A stretch of 63,937 bases of DNA, filler included, from Barthelona sp. PAP020 (taxonomy: Eukaryota): assembly GCA_040182905.1 (NCBI GenBank). It is 4 parts of 4 records of this genome, joined end to end, with 100 filler letters (N's around TTAATTAATTAA, not from the genome) between each part and the next. Parts side by side here need not be neighbours in the genome. Positions count along the whole stretch, not along the records: positions 50,664 to 63,937 come from JARQWU010000331.1; 3 more parts are not named here. One strand, given 5' to 3'. This document shows, in pieces, positions 50,564-61,718 of the stretch. The translations under genes were made by a program, and so were the position numbers. Every line of letters starts with the position of its first letter. Within the stretch, counting starts at the first letter, position 1. The notes under the pieces are model-generated. The model saw nothing but the letters and a program-made list of their open reading frames with translations, ran no database searches and had not been told where the DNA came from.

Positions 50564-50663
50564 NNNNNNNNNNNNNNNNNNNNNNNNNNNNNNNNNNNNN
50601 NNNNNNNTTAATTAATTAANNNNNNNNNNNNNNNNNNNNNNNNNNNNNNNNNNNNNNNNNNNN
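50564..50663. other. Artificial 100-nt contig linker
   Basis: N44-TTAATTAATTAA-N44. Confidence 0.95.
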
Positions 50664-50698
50664 AAATGTTTATAAAGATCTTTATTGTTCTCGGTTAG

Positions 50699-51051
50699 AG
50701 TTTGGGGGTACTTGCAACTGAGTTGTTTTGCGTGGATGGTTCAGAACACTCTTAAAAAAAAAAAGAAATATTTAAGGTGTGGATGGGGCGATTATCTAAA
50801 TAAAAGTTTAATAATCTTTTTCCTTCTTGCCAATAAATTTTGATTGTCCTTCTCTGGGTTTCCTGGATGAACCCTTGTAATTCCTTGTTAACCTGCTATG
50901 CACACTTGTATCCTTCTTATTATGAATAATTTGATTCTTTGTTGTTATTTCACTTTCAATTTTGATATCATTGAAATCAGAAATTGCAAGAAGAAACCTT
51001 AAACACATTTACATTGTCTTTTACCTGAAATCCGTCCGCTTTGCTGTGAAC
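50699..51051 (-). repeat. Right arm of ~353-bp diverged inverted repeat
   Basis: Reverse complement aligns end to end with 49995-50348. Confidence 0.85.
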
Positions 51052-51457
51052 CAAAATGGTGAACAAAATTCTCGCATTTTCTTAATACTGTTTTTATCAA
51101 TATTTGACATCAACAATTGAAAAAATGCAGTCAAAGACCAATTTTATTATGAATTAACTAAGAAATAAATGCACTTTCCTTTAAATGTTTTCAAAAGAAT
51201 TTCATTTGATTTCAACCCAACATTTTTAAAAATGAAAAATAGTTCAAATATTTAATAATCATGAAAAAAAAATTCAAAAACAATGCAATTAACAAAGAAT
51301 TTTGATTTGATTGAATTTTCAAAATGATATTCTGCAACCAACAACAATATAGCTAAACAAAATAAATGTTTTCAAACACCAATTTGTCTGTGAAAGTTGC
51401 GACAACAACAAAAAAATAGAATTCGCTTTTTGATTCCATTAATTTTCATTTACTTTT

Positions 51458-52351
51458 ATGATTGATTTTGATTCTGACCCTAGATATCAGGATATTGAAC
51501 CTTTACAACCCTTAGATGAAGATATATTGCAATATTCTCCTTATTACAAAAGATTATCTGGATATTTTAGATATTTACGAGGAATTCACGAAATTTCTGA
51601 ACGAAGTTATGAAGTGTGTAAAGAAATGATATCACAAGCTTCAGCTAATTATGTAGCATGGGGTTTTTTAAGAGAATTAATTCTTGGATTGAATATTTCA
51701 ATTGAACAACAGACGAAATTAGTTGATGATGTTGTAAAAGGGTTTGCTAGAAGTTATCAATTGTGGAATCATCGTCAATGGATGGTTAAAAATTTTCGAT
51801 GTCATGAAGCTGAATTGGTAATTACTGCACAAATTTTATCCAATGATCAAAAAAACTATCATTGTTGGTCACACAGACAGTGGGTTATAACATATATGAA
51901 AGAGAATAATTTGGCAGATGCCAATTTTATTGATCAAGAATTGACTTATAGCATGGATATGATTGAACAGGATTTTTTCAACAATTCAGCATTTAATCAT
52001 CGTTATTTTATGTTAAATTTGTTCAACTATAATAACATTGAGTTTATACATACTGAATTACGATTTATTTCAGTGCTTTTATGTGATTATTGTGAAAATG
52101 AATCAGCTGTCACGTATGTCAGAAGTTTGATGGAATTAAACAAGGAAGCCTTTTATGATTTTGATATTGGCGTTTTTGAAAAGATTTATCAAGAGAATTT
52201 TGATAAAAGATGTTTTTATTACTTTGAATTTATGATGGATCTTTTTATTATAAAAGGAAGAAATCAAGAAGCAAAGGCTGTTTGTGAAAAATTAATAGAT
52301 GAAGATAAAACAAAATCCAATTTTTGGAAACAACTTATTGATTTTAAATAA
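51458..52351 (+). CDS. FNTA: Protein farnesyl/geranylgeranyltransferase type I alpha subunit
   Basis: PPTA repeats ANYVAW.FLR, SYQLWNHRQW, KNYHCWSHRQW, FNNSAFNHRYF, ENESA; N-terminal YQDIEPL. Confidence 0.88.
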   Translation: MIDFDSDPRYQDIEPLQPLDEDILQYSPYYKRLSGYFRYLRGIHEISERSYEVCKEMISQASANYVAWGFLRELILGLNISIEQQTKLVDDVVKGFARSYQLWNHRQWMVKNFRCHEAELVITAQILSNDQKNYHCWSHRQWVITYMKENNLADANFIDQELTYSMDMIEQDFFNNSAFNHRYFMLNLFNYNNIEFIHTELRFISVLLCDYCENESAVTYVRSLMELNKEAFYDFDIGVFEKIYQENFDKRCFYYFEFMMDLFIIKGRNQEAKAVCEKLIDEDKTKSNFWKQLIDFK

Positions 52352-52674
52352 ATATTGCAAAGAGAAATTTGTTTTTTTTTTTAATCAAATTGTTAACTTG
52401 AAAAAGGTTTTCACATTTTCATTTTAAAAGGAGAAGAAGAAAAAAAAAGAAAAAGAACACAACCAAAAGACTTGTCCATATATGATAAAAAGACAACTAA
52501 TTGAACAAAAAACAAGAAATAAAAAAGATTGACCTGGAGAAACAACAAAAAAAACAAAGCGAGATTATTTGATTAATTGTGAACTGATTGTTGTAAAGGA
52601 GAATTCAACAAAAAACACAATTTTTTCCTTTACATTTACCAATTTTCTTTTTTATTATCACCAATTTTTAAAAA

Positions 52675-54279
52675 ATGATGGAAATATTGGATTGGTTTGT
52701 ATTTTTTTCATACATTTTGTTTATTGTTGGTGTTGGTCTTTATGTTGCCAAATCCCAAACGACCAAAGATGAATATTTTTTAGCTTCCAGAAAAGCTGGT
52801 TGGTTTTCTGTAGGAATTTCTGTCATGGCAACTGCTTTTTCTTCAATCAATTATGTTTCATTTCCAACAGAAGTTTTTGCCAATGGTTTATACGTTGCAA
52901 TGTCTTTACCAGTTTTCATCATTGTTGCTTATCCTGTGCGTAACATTACAATTCCATTTTTCCATGGAATGAAGACAAGTTCTGCATATGAATGGTTAGA
53001 ATATAGATATAATGTTGGTGCAAGATTAATATGTTCCATTATTTTCCTTGTTTGGCGTCTTTCTTGGTCTTCTGTTACTATTTTTGTTCCAGCCTCCATA
53101 TTAGCCACTCTTACTGGATGGTCTCTACAAACTGCTGTGTTATTTGGTGCAGTTATTTGTTTAATTTACGTCTCTGTAGGTGGTATTCGTAGCGTTATGA
53201 TTACCGATATTGCTCAAGTCTTTGTCATGATGTTTGGTATTTTATTGATTGTTGGTATCACTTCTTCTCGTGCAGGAGGTTTCTTTGAATTGATTTCCTT
53301 TGTTCATAGCAAAAATAAATTAATTCCCTTTGCACCATACGATTCGGAGATTTTCAATATCACAGACCCTACTATTCGTATTTCCTTTTGGTCTGCAATT
53401 ATTGGAACCTTTGTTGCTTTTTGTTCCAGATATAACGTTGATCAAGTCATGATTCAGAGATACCTTTCCTCAAAATCTGCTGAAGGCACCAAAAAAGGAT
53501 TTACACTCTCTTATTGTGTTGCTTTGTTTATTTTAATTTTGTGTGTGTTCAATGGTTGGTCAATCTACCACTATAAAATCACTAGAGCAAGCACTGTCGT
53601 TGGTAAACCCATAGATATTTTTGGGCATCTCATCTCCAACCTACCTGCTGGTTTTAGTGGACTTTTGGTTGCAGGTATTTTTGCTGCAACAATGTCTTCC
53701 GTTGATTCCGCGGCAAATGCCGGTGCTACTGCCATTTCTTCAGATATGATTGATCGTTTTAGAAAAACTCCTGCACCTCTGTTGGTATCCAAGATCATTT
53801 CCGGTTTATATTGTCTTATTGCAGGTTTAGTTGCTGCTTTCGTCATTCCAAAACTTGACAGTACAGTGTTTGTAACAGCAAATAAGATTATTAATGCTTT
53901 TGGTTCTCCCATTTTGGCTGTTTTTATACTTGGTATGTTTGACCGTTTTGTTCAACCATTTGCATTGGTCTTTGCCGCAGGTTGTGGATCTGTTTTTTCA
54001 ATGTGGTTGGTTTATGCTGTTCAGAATTTAGCCGTTCATTATTATGCTGTTGCCAATCTTTTATTCACAATTGGCGTTGCATATATTATTCAATTCATTA
54101 TTTTCTTGTTGAAAAATTGGATTCCTACTTTGGATAAACCATTAACCAAGGAACAATTAGAATGGACTTGGATTGGACAAAAAAGTCGAATGAACAGTGC
54201 TAAAGAAGCTAAAGAAATGGAAACACAAATGAATTCTAACAATGTTGAGTCAGTTGCTGTTGAAAGTGAAGCTCAATAA
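52675..54279 (+). CDS. Sodium:solute symporter (SSS/SLC5) family transporter
   Basis: EYFLASR, S.MATAFS, SAYEWLEYRY, GGIRSVMITD, DQVMIQRYL, AATMSSVDS. Confidence 0.93.
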   Translation: MMEILDWFVFFSYILFIVGVGLYVAKSQTTKDEYFLASRKAGWFSVGISVMATAFSSINYVSFPTEVFANGLYVAMSLPVFIIVAYPVRNITIPFFHGMKTSSAYEWLEYRYNVGARLICSIIFLVWRLSWSSVTIFVPASILATLTGWSLQTAVLFGAVICLIYVSVGGIRSVMITDIAQVFVMMFGILLIVGITSSRAGGFFELISFVHSKNKLIPFAPYDSEIFNITDPTIRISFWSAIIGTFVAFCSRYNVDQVMIQRYLSSKSAEGTKKGFTLSYCVALFILILCVFNGWSIYHYKITRASTVVGKPIDIFGHLISNLPAGFSGLLVAGIFAATMSSVDSAANAGATAISSDMIDRFRKTPAPLLVSKIISGLYCLIAGLVAAFVIPKLDSTVFVTANKIINAFGSPILAVFILGMFDRFVQPFALVFAAGCGSVFSMWLVYAVQNLAVHYYAVANLLFTIGVAYIIQFIIFLLKNWIPTLDKPLTKEQLEWTWIGQKSRMNSAKEAKEMETQMNSNNVESVAVESEAQ

Positions 54280-54782
54280 GGTTTCTAGAATTTTGTTATT
54301 CCTGTTTAATTTTCAGTCCCTTTCTTCTTGCATGTCGTTTTTTTAATAAATTCAGAACGCGTTTGGTTTTTTTTGATATTATTTGTGTTGGACTTAATCG
54401 ATGAGAAAACATTTTTATATATTAAGAAAATTACTGGTAATTTCTGTACAAAAGAAAACTGTAAACTGTATTATTCTCCTTTTAACTGCTTAATCGGATG
54501 ATATATCTGTAATTTATAGAAATGGTAATAAAATAATACCACAATTAAAAAAAAAATTTAATAAAACACAGAATTCTACAGTTCTTATTTTCCAAATATG
54601 AATTGTTAAAACTCAATAATTTCGTTGTCAAAGATAGAGAATAAATGTCAGTTCAAAACCACTTTTGTCCGAAAACGGTTTTTGGAAATTATTACCAGTT
54701 TTTTTCAACTTTCAGGTGAATCAACTAACCAAAAACAATAAACAATTCATATTTAAATAAAAATATGAAAAACTTTTTATCG

Positions 54783-55529
54783 CTAAATATATTTTTTTGG
54801 AGGCTTAAATATTGTTTCTAAAAATAATGCAACATTGGTCTTGCCCAAAAATCGAGCACATTCTGAAGGATATAAATCATCGATTGTTGTGAGTGAAGGA
54901 TTGGCACCATTTTCAATCAACAATCGAACAATATCCAAATGACCAAGTTGAGCTGCATAATGAAGTGAAGTTGCTCCATCCTCATTACAATGATTGGGGT
55001 CAGCATTATGTGTCAATAAAAGATCCACAATATCATAAAAACCTCGTTCACAAGCACAACTCAGGGGACTAATTTTATAATGGGTTGAAATTTCTATAGA
55101 TGCTCCTTTTATAATCAAAACAGAACAAGATTCAAAATTCCCATTTTCTGTTGCAACCATCAGAGGAGTTCTATTACTTAAAGTGACTGAATTGATATCA
55201 AAACCCTTATCTATCATATATTCTGCCAATTTTGCGTTGTTATACCTTGATGCTACATGTAATGGTGTTTCCAATTCATCATCCACAATATTAACAGTGG
55301 AAAAGAATTTTAAAAAATAATCAAAAATGAATATGTCGTCATATTTAGCTAAAATATGTAAAATGTTCAATTTATGAGGGCCAAAAGTGTCATTATAACT
55401 GCACGTATCAGGAAATAGATCAAAAATTTTCTGATAATTTCTTCCACAAATCGATTCTTCAACAACCTGTATTAATGATAAATATTTTTCCTGCAAAATG
55501 TTTAAATTATTTGAAATAACATATGACAT
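54783..55529 (-). CDS. Ankyrin repeat protein
   Basis: TPLHVA, TPLMVA, SPLSCA, TSLHYAAQLGH repeats. Confidence 0.9.
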   Translation of the reverse strand: MSYVISNNLNILQEKYLSLIQVVEESICGRNYQKIFDLFPDTCSYNDTFGPHKLNILHILAKYDDIFIFDYFLKFFSTVNIVDDELETPLHVASRYNNAKLAEYMIDKGFDINSVTLSNRTPLMVATENGNFESCSVLIIKGASIEISTHYKISPLSCACERGFYDIVDLLLTHNADPNHCNEDGATSLHYAAQLGHLDIVRLLIENGANPSLTTIDDLYPSECARFLGKTNVALFLETIFKPPKKYI

Positions 55530-55592
55530 GTAAAAATTAGTTGGAAAAAAAAAAATTCAATGTGATTAATTTCTTTCAATTTCATTTCGTAT

Positions 55593-57014
55593 ATGGTTAA
55601 AAAGAGATTTGACAAAAAGAACGCTTTAAAGTTTCGAGTTGTTGAAAGAGATATTGTTCATGATCCAAATGCTGCAGAAGATGATGAAACAAAATGGGTT
55701 TTAGTCCCTGAAGCAACATATTCCAAACGAAAAACTGAACGTTTGGAAGCTTTTGAGAATGATGAACTTAATGAAGGACTATTTAATGCTGAAATGGAAG
55801 AAAATGAAGAGTATGATGATAATGAAAGAATTACCGAAGAAATGGAAGAAATGTTTGCTGAACATCCAGAGATATTATCAAGAGCAAAGGTGGTTCCTGT
55901 GAATGTGGAATCACGTTTATTAGATGATAATCCTGAACTTTTGGATGATGATATTAAGGATCTTCTTGGAATCACAGATATTAAAACAGTATTTGATGCA
56001 CCTGAGAACCCAAAAGATCGTGTTCTAGACGAAGATAATGAAAATGAAGATGCTGAAATTGAAAATGAGTATGAAATGTTTGAAGAGCCATTTGAAATGG
56101 GTGATGAAGGATTTGACGATGATATTTTAGCCATTGCTCAGGCAGAATCAACAGAAGTTAAATTTGACTATAATTCAAGTGAAGAAGATGAGGAATTCAG
56201 TTTGGCCGAAATTCAAGCAGCATTATTAGAAAATGGATACAATGCTAAAGATTTCGATGGGATGGATGATAAGATTCGCCAGGCTACTTTGCATAATCCT
56301 GAAGAAATTAGTAGAATCAAACTGGAATATGATATGAACAATCTTTTATCTGAGTTTGGAGATTTTGTTGGAGATGCTTCGGATGATGACAATGATGAAG
56401 CTCAACTCGACGAAGATGATTTATTGGGGCATGCGTTTTTACAGGATGTAATTGCGAACAAGGAACATTACATGAAGAAGCAACGTGCTAAAGCTGAAAA
56501 TGATGAAGTTGATGTCAATAGAGAAATGCTGAAAGAACGTATTGTCAGATTACGTCAGAATGAAGAGGAAGATGATATAATTTTTGATGCAAACGCTATT
56601 TCTTACAATGAAGTTAGAAATAAATATCAAACTGAAGATGTAGAATCTGTTGCTTCTACTTTGACCAACATTTATAATCATCCGAAAACTATTCTTGAAC
56701 CAAAAATTAAAATTTCCTCTAAAGGCTTCCCTTTAGGTGTTTTAAATGACAAAAACAAAAAAATTGAGGAGAAAACTGTTCCCAAAGATGATTTTACTGA
56801 AGAAGAATTGGAACTGCTATATAGAGGCAAACAAAGCTTAAAGAGCGTTGTTGGTGAGGAAAGAAAACGTTTCAAAGAATTAGTCAAAAAAGAAAAAAAA
56901 ATTCAAAGAGAGAAAAAGAAATTCTTTAAGAATATTCATAATGATTACAAGATGCAATCCAATAAAGCAAAAGCAGCTAAATCTAAGAACATTCAAGGGG
57001 CTCTGATTAGGTAA
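55593..57014 (+). CDS. LTV1: 40S ribosome assembly factor LTV1
   Basis: KKRFDKKNA.KF.VV.R start; DVESVASTLTNIYNHPK; IKISSKGFP; basic C-terminal RKR.K..VK.EKK..REKKK. Confidence 0.85.
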   Translation: MVKKRFDKKNALKFRVVERDIVHDPNAAEDDETKWVLVPEATYSKRKTERLEAFENDELNEGLFNAEMEENEEYDDNERITEEMEEMFAEHPEILSRAKVVPVNVESRLLDDNPELLDDDIKDLLGITDIKTVFDAPENPKDRVLDEDNENEDAEIENEYEMFEEPFEMGDEGFDDDILAIAQAESTEVKFDYNSSEEDEEFSLAEIQAALLENGYNAKDFDGMDDKIRQATLHNPEEISRIKLEYDMNNLLSEFGDFVGDASDDDNDEAQLDEDDLLGHAFLQDVIANKEHYMKKQRAKAENDEVDVNREMLKERIVRLRQNEEEDDIIFDANAISYNEVRNKYQTEDVESVASTLTNIYNHPKTILEPKIKISSKGFPLGVLNDKNKKIEEKTVPKDDFTEEELELLYRGKQSLKSVVGEERKRFKELVKKEKKIQREKKKFFKNIHNDYKMQSNKAKAAKSKNIQGALIR

Positions 57015-57260
57015 ACGGAATAAAATTAAACAATAAATTAATGAAAAATATTTTTTTATCCATAACCCAAATTTTTTCCCAAGTTTTTTATGAATTGGTT
57101 ATGATTATTGATTACATATTATTTGTTTAATGGTGTAGTTTGATTACATGCAAAGCTAGACCAAAGCTAAAATAATTTATTATTTAATCTAGTACATTTG
57201 ACAACCTCAAAAATTCTTTTACCTTTATTTATATTTATGTATTTGAATATTTATTTACCC

Positions 57261-57773
57261 ATGCAAAATAATTGTATTGAAAAGAATCAAAATCAAAAAA
57301 GAAAATTGAAAAATATTTGTTATAACGCCATTTCGGAATTAATTGTTTCCAAACTAGATAACTCTTTAATTATATGGCAAAAAAATAATTTTCAATTGTT
57401 AAAAACGATAGATTTAAATTGTAATGAAATCAAAAGGATACATTTCTCGCCAAATGGTGGGAAATTAGCAATCTGTTATGTAAATTTACTTTTAGAAATT
57501 TATCAAACTAGTGATTTTAATCAGGAACCTGTTGTCTTAGAACTAGATTCAAACATTGATGATTTTGAAATAAACGATTCGGCTGATTATATTTTTACAA
57601 CAAGCAATAGGTGTTTTAGTAGCTACATTAGCAAGAAATGGTGTCTTCAAAACAAAAAATGTGTTGAAAAGACTCAAGTAAGAAGATTTAAAACAGACAC
57701 TTTAATTATTGGAACTGTTGGCGTTTCTAACGTTTTATACAAACGAAATAATAATTTTCGTTCTAAAATTTGA
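57261..57773 (+). CDS. Short WD40-like repeat protein
   Basis: LDNSLIIW, IHFSPNGGKLAI; only ~3 blades; start uncertain. Confidence 0.5.
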   Translation: MQNNCIEKNQNQKRKLKNICYNAISELIVSKLDNSLIIWQKNNFQLLKTIDLNCNEIKRIHFSPNGGKLAICYVNLLLEIYQTSDFNQEPVVLELDSNIDDFEINDSADYIFTTSNRCFSSYISKKWCLQNKKCVEKTQVRRFKTDTLIIGTVGVSNVLYKRNNNFRSKI

Positions 57774-57974
57774 AGTTATAGTCTGTTTTTAGTCCTTTTG
57801 GAATCTCTCATAAAAGATATATTTTTTTTTTTTCTGGAAAAAAAAGTTCCAAAAAATATGGAAAGCCAAATTTGACATGATAAAATGATAAAACTTTATG
57901 GTAAAAAGATCAAAACTAACAAAAAAAAAGTAAGCTCATTTATTTAAAAAGTTGCTCACACTTCAATTCCTCAT

Positions 57975-60900
57975 TTAGTCATCATCATGTCTCCATGTTG
58001 AAGGAGAAGTTTGAGCAGGACTGGTTTGATCTGCAGGTGAATAAGCAGGACTAGCAGGAGAATATGCAGGACTAGCAGGTGAAAAAGCAGGACTTGCAGG
58101 TGAAAATCCAGGACTGGTAGGTGTGAAAGAATCGGATTGTGGTGCTGATGGTGAAGGTGAAGGTGTGTAAGGTGAAGTTGAACCAGGTGTAAAGGGAGAT
58201 CTGAAAGAACTTGCCATAGATTCCCCAAATGGTGATGGAGAGGCACTGTAAGGAGAACTTACAGAAGGCGTGAAACTGGAAGGTGTTGTACCAGGACCAG
58301 CAACTGAACGCCCAGCATTTGTATCTGCGAAATTATAATTAGGACTAGAACTAGAACCAAGATCACCATCATTTGAAAATTGAGTTAAAGCACCAGAAAT
58401 AAGAGGTGAGAAACCGGGAGACATACCAGGAGACATACCAGGAGACATACCAGGAGACATACCAGGAGACATGAAACCAGGAGACATTTCTGGGGACATA
58501 AATCCAGGGGAAGCATCAAAACCTGTCATACCTCCAGTATTTAATGCTGGACTCATACCAGGAGAAAAACCTGGAGAAGTACCAAACAAACCAATTGAAT
58601 TTGAACCCAAATTTTCAGTGGAATCCATGGCAGAAACTGTTGGAGAAAATTCACCTTGAGCAAAAATCTTTTCACCAGTGCCAATTGTTGGAGTAATAGA
58701 AACATTTCCTGTTTTGGTTTCTTCAACAATTTGATCTTGTTGAGATTCAACATTCATAAGTGAATTACCGTCAATCATCAACGACATTAACCCTGTACCA
58801 CCAAGCATTTGTCTACCAATCAGAACTCTTTGTGAAACACCTTTCATATCGTCCAATTCACCAAATTGACCTGCCATACTTAGCATTTTCATTGATTCTT
58901 CGAAGGTTGAACGTTTAACGGGACCTGTGGGTAATTTATTGATACCATTTCTGGAAATAGATGTGATACCTCCCTCATGAGTCATAAAATCAGCCAACAA
59001 TGACAAATGTCTGTAATTGACGGAAGAACCATAATGATCAAAAATGGCACGAATTTCACTCAAAATGGCTAATCTAGCAGCTTCAACACCAAAGCATTGA
59101 TATATCTCTTCAATATCATTTGAATATACTCGAGTAAAGTCAATATATTCATCTGAGTATTCAAACAATTCTTGCATGTTTGAACCTTCGGCAATCAACA
59201 TGAAATCTTCTCCTTCACCACATTCATTTGCATCAGGATCAGGTTTGGACTGTGGAATGAATTTCCCGGTATCCTTTTGATAATAACCATACGAATCAAC
59301 TTTAACAACGACTCTTGTTAAGCCATTAACACCCTTAACCTTGTATGACATTATCTTCTCTAACAATGTCTTGTATTTATTTAGAATATTACTTGTAGCA
59401 GAAAATTTATCATCAAAAGAAGCACGAATACGAATAGTACCAGGTAAATGACCAACAGGAGAACAAACAACTGTAGCATTATGAGGACATAATTGTTCAA
59501 TCACCTTAGCAACATAATCAATTTCTAAAGCAGCTTCAGTCATACTTCCATAATCAAAGGTCATTCTTAAAACAAAAGGAACTGAAGAAGAAGTGGCCAT
59601 TGGCTTATTGGAAAGAATAAATTCATCCTCCAACCACATTCTATCAGTTAATACATTGGTCTTATCATCAAAAGGATCATACAATATCTCTGCACTGGAT
59701 ACTAACTTTTCAACTTGACAATATTCTAATTCTGATTTGACCAACATGGCGGATTCTTTTGATTTTGAATAGTTCAAATAAATGTCCATCAACTTCGTTT
59801 TGGTCTGTTGTTTGTTAATAATTTGTTCTAAACGTGGTAAACCCAGTGTGACATTTTTAGATGAAATACCTGCAGAGTGGAAAGTGTTCAAAGTCATTTG
59901 TGTTGTAGGTTCACCTATTGATGTTGCAGCCAAACAACCAACAGATTCACCAGGATGAACAAGAGCTTGTAAGTATCTGGATCTAATATCTTCAATAATA
60001 CGATCAAAAGTACTCATTTGTAATTTTAATTCAATAGTCAAACGCTTTGAAGCTAAATAAGGTCTTAATAATCTCATAATCATTTGTGTTGGCGCAATGT
60101 CCCTTGTAAACTGAGGCATTAAAGAGGCTAAATCTCTTTCCAATTTCCTAACTTCATTTACTACATAAATAGGATTTAAATCGGTCTTATCATCTTGTTT
60201 TTCCTTGCTCTTATCATCAGCCATAATGGAATTAATAATACGATCAATAGGAACAGGCATTGGCCAACGATTATCTCCTTTTTTGAAAATCTCTCGAAGT
60301 TGATCACGATCTTCCATCAATTGATTAAATTCTTCTTCTAAAATATCAATATATTCAGCTTTATCGTATATTTCACGATATACTTCACTTTTAAACACAG
60401 TACGAAGGAATTTCAAATAGTCATCATTCTTCAAATCATGATAGTAGTCTTCGTACATATCTGCATCACTCTTTTTTAAAGAATTGAAATATTGGGCTGT
60501 TAATGCTGTTCCGTCCAACCCATCTTCACCATAAATGAATTGTACTATGTTATTCAATGCATCTCTAACAGTACCATCATATTGTACAACCATGTCTTCC
60601 AATGCTTTAACAAAACGACGTTCAATATATCCAGTTTGAGATGTCTTAACGGCAGTATCAGACAAACCTTCTCTACCAGATGCGGCATGAAAGAAAAATT
60701 CAATGGGGTTCAATCCTTCTAAATATGAATGAGAAATGAAACCTTTGGATTCAGGGCCATAATCGAATTGTTTGAAATGAGGAAGTGTACGATTATAAAA
60801 ACTGAATTTAATACGTCCTCCTTCAACATTTTGTTGACCAACACAAGCAATAATTTGGGACAGATTCAAATCGTTACCTTTTGAACCAGAAGAAACCATA

Positions 60901-61683
60901 GAATACATAGAGTTGTTACGTCCAAGAGAATTCTTAACCAAAGAACCACAATCTTGACGCACTTTATTTAATGTAGTGTTCACATCAGATTCAAATGTTT
61001 CAAACAATGTTTGACCAGCGGCTGGTTTCAATTTCCCTGTCTTCAAATTAGCTGTGATTGTGGCCACTTGTGATTTAGCTTCATTCATCTTTTTGGCAAT
61101 GGTATCAAGTGTATCTTTCGATACAACAATATCATGAATACCAACTGAAAATCCTCGACCAAACAACCATGCATTTAAAACTCGTTGAACTGATGATAAA
61201 AATTCACATGTTTCAGGATGAGACATTTGACTTTCTTGCATCCAAATGACATGTCCCAAAGAACCATCAGATAATGACAATGACTTCTTATCTAACATAC
61301 CCGTCAAAAGTTCACCCTTACGAATGATAACTCTTGTATCAGTTGGTGTCATAACAGATGTTTCTGATTCAGGATGACCAGATGATTTGATACCAGAGAC
61401 AGTAATTTTAGATGGAATACACATGGAGAAAATTTGTTTGCCAGTCCAAAGACGTTTTGGTTTTAAGATAGCAGGCTTAGGCAAAGCAGCAGAATCAAAC
61501 ATAAAATTCATGAAAGTTTGTTCATCAACAAAAGTATCTCGCTTGGTCATCAAACGAGAAGCCAATAATGCATCTTGAACCAAACCAATAACTGGTGTGT
61601 TTTTTTGTGGAGTAACAATTTGGGTGGGGACCATCATCAAAGTTTTTACTTCAGCACGTGCTTCCAATGATTGAGGTACATGT

Positions 61684-61718
<35 letters not shown>

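Noticed and set aside
54465..54545. Superficial U2 snRNA-like look (TTCTCCTTTT...TATCTGT)
   Set aside because: Lacks the GTAGTA branch-point recognition sequence and a proper stem I.
58417..58470. 12-bp tandem repeat as a CRISPR/STR array
   Set aside because: No spacers; it simply encodes the RPB1 MSPG repeats.
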